Source of the DNA: Squalus acanthias
Lineage: Eukaryota
DNA length: 64,000 nucleotides
Reading direction: 5' to 3'
Assembly (NCBI GenBank): GCA_030390025.1
Contig: CM059438.1
Span: 20,522,001-20,586,000, forward strand
Positions 63,201-64,000 of this stretch are shown piece after piece. The notes under the pieces are model-generated. The model saw nothing but the letters and a program-made list of their open reading frames with translations, was not told the DNA's origin and did not search any database. Each line of letters opens with the position of its first letter. Within the stretch, counting starts at the first letter, position 1. Position numbers and translations under genes: made by a program.

Positions 63201-63566
63201 TTCCAACACCATCCGATCTTCAACTTCTGACGCGGTTATAACACGTGAAAGAAACCTACAGATCAATATCGGCTGTGAAATGCAACAGGATACAATGATT
63301 AAAATAATGTATGTGACAAAAGATGACACAAAAGATGACATAACAGAATCTGGCAAGTTTAATGTCAGCATGACAGTCTTCGACTCGTCATCATTCACCA
63401 GGCCGGTGCTAGAATCACCTTACTATGTGGACCTGAGGCAGGACCTGTTCATGCAAGTTAACCTGCACAGTTCTGACACTGACCTTGTAGTATTTGTGGA
63501 CACCTGCACAGCATCCCCTTATAGATTTGACTGGACATCAAAGACCTATGATCTAATCAAGAATGG
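6189..63566 (+). CDS. DMBT1/CUZD1-like secreted protein: SP-(linker-SMB)x4-CUB-(SMB)x2-CUB-(SMB)x2-CUB-ZP; spliced, 3' end outside window
   Basis: 31 GT-AG exons with compatible phases and no stop codon when joined (about 3,080 nt). CUB and ZP motifs are clear. Exact orthology cannot be determined from sequence alone. Confidence 0.85.
7735..7761 (+). pseudogene. Dead linker micro-exon copy (GSTRANRPT)
   Basis: Same context as the intact exons at 24689 and 33741, but the acceptor reads ttttgacTG instead of ttttgacAG. Donor CAG|gtacta retained. Confidence 0.55.
7997..8026 (+). CDS. Linker micro-exon DTTEPSPGTT
   Basis: ttttgacag| 30 nt |gtacag, phase 1-1, Thr/Pro/Ser-rich. Confidence 0.7.
8167..8289 (+). 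CDS. SMB-like exon 1
   Basis: taacag| GYGSCRYNCGGYSSGCSCDYDCAYYGSCCSDFCDHCSYMNN |gtaaga, 123 nt, phase 1-1. The Cx3Cx6CxCx3Cx5CC spacing matches somatomedin B. Confidence 0.9.
9118..10330 (-). mobile_element. CR1 LINE RT and 3' end, interrupted by a MITE
   Basis: SGVPQGSVLGPLLFTIYINDL, FSDDTKLGG, YRTLVRPHSECCVQFW, TRGHQYKI on the minus strand. Confidence 0.9.
9886..10050. mobile_element. hAT-type MITE inside CR1
   Basis: Termini caatgttcccct / agaggtaacatta, with 8-bp TSD gtcacctc / gtgacctc. Confidence 0.75.
10706..11972 (-). mobile_element. Degenerate Harbinger-type element
   Basis: Termini gactggaatttt / gaaatcctggcc and 3-bp TSD ATA. The empty site acatagtgacc is seen near 30460. Decayed Myb/SANT remnant (WVQWRKSFNDL) near 11480-11515. 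Confidence 0.75.
12165..12600 (+). mobile_element. Degenerate CR1 3' fragment; paralogous copies at about 15910-16310 and 22710-23155
   Basis: YYEKLKELGLYTSEKLRFRSDLIEVYKMMKG...RTRAHNLKL. Confidence 0.8.
12934..12963 (+). CDS. Cys micro-exon GYCGVYSTVP
   Basis: ttcctctatag| 30 nt |gtcggt, phase 1-1. Confidence 0.7.
14106..14132 (+). pseudogene. Dead linker micro-exon copy (GTTRANRPT)
   Basis: Acceptor reads ttttgacTG; paralog of 7735-7761. Confidence 0.55.
14366..14392 (+). CDS. Linker micro-exon GHTGPSTTT
   Basis: ttttgacag| 27 nt |gtacag, phase 1-1. Confidence 0.65.
14533..14579 (+). pseudogene. Truncated SMB-like exon (GYGSCRYNCGGHSSGC)
   Basis: Intact acceptor and the first third of the exon, then an abrupt switch to sequence homologous to the intron at about 24770. 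Confidence 0.8.
15171..15197 (+). CDS. Linker micro-exon DSTETSQTS
   Basis: ttttgacag| 27 nt |gtacag, phase 1-1. Confidence 0.7.
15338..15460 (+). CDS. SMB-like exon 2
   Basis: GYGSCRYNCGGYSSGCSCDYNCAYYGNCCSDFCDHCSYINN, ag/gtaaga, 123 nt. Confidence 0.9.
16658..16687 (+). CDS. Cys micro-exon GYCGVYSTVP
   Basis: Identical to 12934-12963, same splice sites. Confidence 0.7.
16905..17045 (+). mobile_element. Short CR1 3' end, specific to this duplicate
   Basis: Nearly the reverse complement of 4925-5070. Absent from the paralogous site near 13190. Confidence 0.85.
17954..17980 (+). pseudogene. Dead linker micro-exon copy (GTTGANRPT)
   Basis: Acceptor reads ttttcacTG; paralog of 7735-7761. Confidence 0.55.
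18215..18241 (+). CDS. Linker micro-exon DTTETPMTT
   Basis: ttttgacag| 27 nt |gtacag, phase 1-1. Confidence 0.7.
18381..18503 (+). CDS. SMB-like exon 3
   Basis: GYGSCRYNCGGHSSGCSCNYNCAYYGNCCQDFCDHCSYINN, ag/gtaaga, 123 nt. Confidence 0.9.
19140..20016. mobile_element. Harbinger-type non-autonomous element
   Basis: Inverted termini ggccgcgatttt / aaaatcgtggcc and 3-bp TSD ATT. The empty site aaatacattgtatct is seen at about 8886-8900. Confidence 0.85.
20240..21820 (-). mobile_element. CR1 LINE RT and 3' end; paralog of 9118-10330, with nested hAT MITE at 21011-21166
   Basis: PGNYRLVSLTSVAGKIMESLLK, YRTLVRPHSECCVQFW, RRLRGDLIEVFKIMKGFD. The MITE has TSD gtgacctc on both sides. Confidence 0.9.
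23474..23503 (+). CDS. Cys micro-exon GYCSAYSTPS
   Basis: ttcctctatag| 30 nt |gtcagt, phase 1-1. Confidence 0.75.
23862..24087. mobile_element. Penelope-type fold-back insert
   Basis: Inverted arms of about 80 bp and a 13-bp TSD ATGAATAATCTTT. Empty sites at about 13334 and 17183. Confidence 0.8.
23926..23962 (-). ncRNA. Minimal hammerhead ribozyme motif, stem III mutated
   Basis: Minus strand: AGTT CTGACGA AGGGTCATCGACCT GAAA TG TT AACT. Confidence 0.55.
24689..24712 (+). CDS. Linker micro-exon GIQPTTPT
   Basis: ttttgacag| 24 nt |gtactc, phase 1-1. Confidence 0.65.
25468..28950 (+). mobile_element. Long degenerate CR1 LINE (ORF1 SGNH esterase, ORF2 APE and RT with internal deletion, 3' tail) inserted into a micro-exon
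   Basis: CWDCDMW; VAVIGDSII...CCLPGARVRDI...VVMVHIG; AITET; FDKVPH; GVPQGSVLGP; LYKALVRPHLEYCVQFWAP; tail cctatcttcctatgt. Many stops and frameshifts. Confidence 0.9.
26860..27340 (+). mobile_element. L2-type LINE 3' end nested in CR1
   Basis: ITPVLADLHWL...FKILILVFKSLHGLAPPYL...GGRAF...LWNSLP...FKTLLKTYLF, with tail (gtt)n. Confidence 0.85.
29112..29228 (+). CDS. SMB-like exon 4, 6 nt shorter at the 5' end
   Basis: GSCRYNCGGYPSGCSCDYNCDYYGNCCPDFCDHCSYINY, 117 nt, ag/gtaaga, frame preserved. Confidence 0.9.
30629..30655 (+). CDS. Cys micro-exon GYCGVTTTM
   Basis: ttcctctacag| 27 nt |gtcagt, phase 1-1. Confidence 0.75.
33741..33764 (+). CDS. Linker micro-exon GETTANPT
   Basis: ttgtgacag| 24 nt |gtacta, phase 1-1. 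Confidence 0.65.
33794..34522. mobile_element. Harbinger-type MITE
   Basis: Inverted termini gggctggatttt / aaaatccagccc. Confidence 0.7.
35619..35766 (+). CDS. CUB domain 1, exon a
   Basis: GGSCGGYLEGSHGSVSSPGYPYSYPNNARCTWYIRVDRNQTIKLEFTDI; ag / AG|gtaggt, phase 1-2. Confidence 0.95.
37620..37828 (+). CDS. CUB domain 1, exon b
   Basis: LEVTSTCSYDYIAIYNGPSTYYPLLSKICNGTNQTFTSSSNSMTIFFSSDSSVTRRGFTANYYSLPIND; phase 2-1, donor gtgagc. Confidence 0.95.
39525..39647 (+). CDS. SMB-like exon 5
   Basis: GYGSCRYNCGGHSSGCSCDYNCAYYGNCCQDFCDHCSYINN, 123 nt. Confidence 0.9.
41040..41069 (+). CDS. Cys micro-exon GYCGTTTPTE
   Basis: tctctacag| 30 nt |gtgagt, consensus donor, phase 1-1. Confidence 0.85.
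42402..42524 (+). CDS. SMB-like exon 6
   Basis: GYGSCRYNCGGHSSGCSCDYNCAYNGSCCHDFCDYCSYINN, 123 nt. Confidence 0.9.
43070..43950. repeat. 30-bp minisatellite with an internal inverted block
   Basis: Unit about gttcctggggtcgakgtcaggagtkaaggt. Units at about 43562-43648 are in the opposite orientation. Confidence 0.9.
44167..44196 (+). CDS. Cys micro-exon DHCYLTASPT
   Basis: tatttgcag| 30 nt |gtaagt, consensus donor, phase 1-1. Confidence 0.85.
44410..45130 (+). mobile_element. Non-LTR retrotransposon 3' fragment (RT C-terminus); paralog at about 55125-55855
   Basis: ILGVATDRKINWTSHI...YKAQVRSVMEHSPLAW...LNIIQNKA-like motifs. Clade not resolved. Confidence 0.8.
45739..46744 (-). mobile_element. 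RTE-clade LINE, 5'-truncated with inverted 5' segment
   Basis: Minus strand: LLYASETW...QLRWTGHIVHMPDTRLPKQALYSEL...CPTCDSDCRSRIGLISH plus (aag)n tail. Plus strand from about 46376: GNYRGVSLLS...QEKCREQ...AFFDLTKA. 11-bp TSD TCCTCCACAAT. Confidence 0.9.
47253..47400 (+). CDS. CUB domain 2, exon a
   Basis: As CUB1a with D>N near the end; same splice sites. Confidence 0.95.
49254..49462 (+). CDS. CUB domain 2, exon b
   Basis: LEVSSTCSYDY...FFSTDHSVTRRGFTANYYSLPIND; same splice sites. Confidence 0.95.
50241..50363 (+). CDS. SMB-like exon 7
   Basis: Same peptide as SMB exon 5; ag/gtaaga. Confidence 0.9.
51756..51785 (+). CDS. Cys micro-exon GYCGTTTPTE
   Basis: Identical to 41040-41069. Confidence 0.85.
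53118..53240 (+). CDS. SMB-like exon 8
   Basis: Same peptide as SMB exon 6; ag/gtaaga. Confidence 0.9.
53790..54660. repeat. 30-bp minisatellite, duplicate copy with a different unit composition
   Basis: Paralog of 43070-43950 with units gained and lost; same internal inversion. Confidence 0.9.
54880..54909 (+). CDS. Cys micro-exon DHCYLTASPT
   Basis: Identical to 44167-44196. Confidence 0.85.
56458..56605 (+). CDS. CUB domain 3, exon a
   Basis: GGSCGGYLEGAYGSVSSPGYPYSYPNNARCTWYIRVDRNQRIKLEFTNI; same splice sites. Confidence 0.95.
58200..59225 (-). mobile_element. CR1 LINE RT and 3' end
   Basis: LYNTLVRPQLHYCVQFWAP...TRGHRFRV; tail atagaatcatagaat. Confidence 0.9.
59323..59454 (-). mobile_element. 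Short Penelope-type insert
   Basis: Same family as 23862-24087. 14-bp TSD CTTGCAGTACTGCG (59309-59322, 59455-59468). Confidence 0.8.
59417..59456 (-). ncRNA. Minimal hammerhead ribozyme motif
   Basis: Minus strand: AGAGTT CTGACGA AGGGTTTCGACCT GAAA CG TT AACTCT. Core CUGAnGA and GAAA, 6-bp stem I, stem II, palindromic ACGU stem III. Confidence 0.7.
60637..60845 (+). CDS. CUB domain 3, exon b
   Basis: LEVTSTCSCDYIAIYDGPSTYYPLLSKICHGSNQTFTSSSNSMTIFFSSDSSVTRRGFSANYYSLPIND; phase 2-1. Confidence 0.95.
61953..62128 (+). CDS. ZP module, exon 1 (ZP-N)
   Basis: ttttccag| VLTCSTYYMEAKISRSYL...LYLNDRNCRP...VVFKIPLNRCGTLRQ |gtaaga, phase 1-0. Confidence 0.95.
63178..63566 (+). CDS. ZP module, exon 2 (end of ZP-N, linker, start of ZP-C)
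   Basis: ctcacag| GNNGSITYSNTI...VITRERNLQINIGCEM...GKFNVSMTVF...SPYYVDLRQDLFMQVNL...LVVFVDTCTASP...YDLIKNG |gtaaga, DMBT1/CUZD1-type ZP sequence. Confidence 0.95.
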
Positions 63567-64000
63567 GTAAGAAATGTTAAATCCTGCATCAAAATTAGAA
63601 GGAATATTCCTAACTGATTGAGAAATATTGCAGTTTATTGAAAATAACTTACATCAGAACTGCAACAGTCGCTGTGCTCACCTCTGTGAGGTGGTATGTC
63701 ATAAAAACAGTTCAAATTGTATCTTTCTCACTCAAATGAATGGATTTTATGATTTCATCATAAGCATTAGCATTTCAAGATGTGAACAAACTTTTTCAAC
63801 CATTTTTTATGCTAATAATGTACTATTTGAAATTTAAGTTTAAAAATGTGCTGTATTTTTCCTTTTGTTGCTCGACATACTAACATTTAAAGGGTCCCAT
63901 ACATGAATTTTAAAAAGTCATGAAATGTGTACACAAGCATAAAATGACTCCTAGTTTGACTCTTAACTCCCCTCTGAAGTGGCCGAGCAAACCATTAACT

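Noticed and set aside
6189-63566. Assigning the symbol DMBT1 or CUZD1
   Set aside because: The ZP and CUB parts resemble both, but the architecture matches neither mammalian gene. Orthology needs phylogeny and synteny.

Overview
Eukaryotic vertebrate genomic DNA, AT-rich and repeat-dense. The repeat spectrum (CR1, L2, RTE, Penelope-type and Harbinger-type elements) suggests a cartilaginous fish; this is inference. The window is dominated by one large plus-strand multi-exon gene that the ORF track mostly misses. It starts at ATG 6189 behind a TATA box and runs off the right end. By hand-splicing GT-AG exons I get 31 in-frame exons, about 1,026 codons, encoding: signal peptide - 4 x (Thr/Ser/Pro linker micro-exons + somatomedin-B-like Cys domain) - CUB - 2 x SMB-like - CUB - 2 x SMB-like - CUB - ZP module (incomplete). 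This is a DMBT1/CUZD1-like secreted ZP protein with no SRCR exon that I could find. Each SMB-like exon has 9 Cys and is always followed by a 27-30 nt micro-exon carrying a tenth Cys. The gene grew by tandem intragenic duplications and holds several dead or disrupted exon copies. Introns contain Penelope-type inserts with minimal hammerhead ribozyme motifs, a 5'-inverted RTE copy, Harbinger and hAT MITEs whose empty sites are visible in sister duplicates, and a 30-bp minisatellite with an internal inversion. A Harbinger-type Myb/SANT gene lies at the left edge. All exon calls are manual and need transcript confirmation. Repeat boundaries are approximate unless a target-site duplication (TSD) is quoted.
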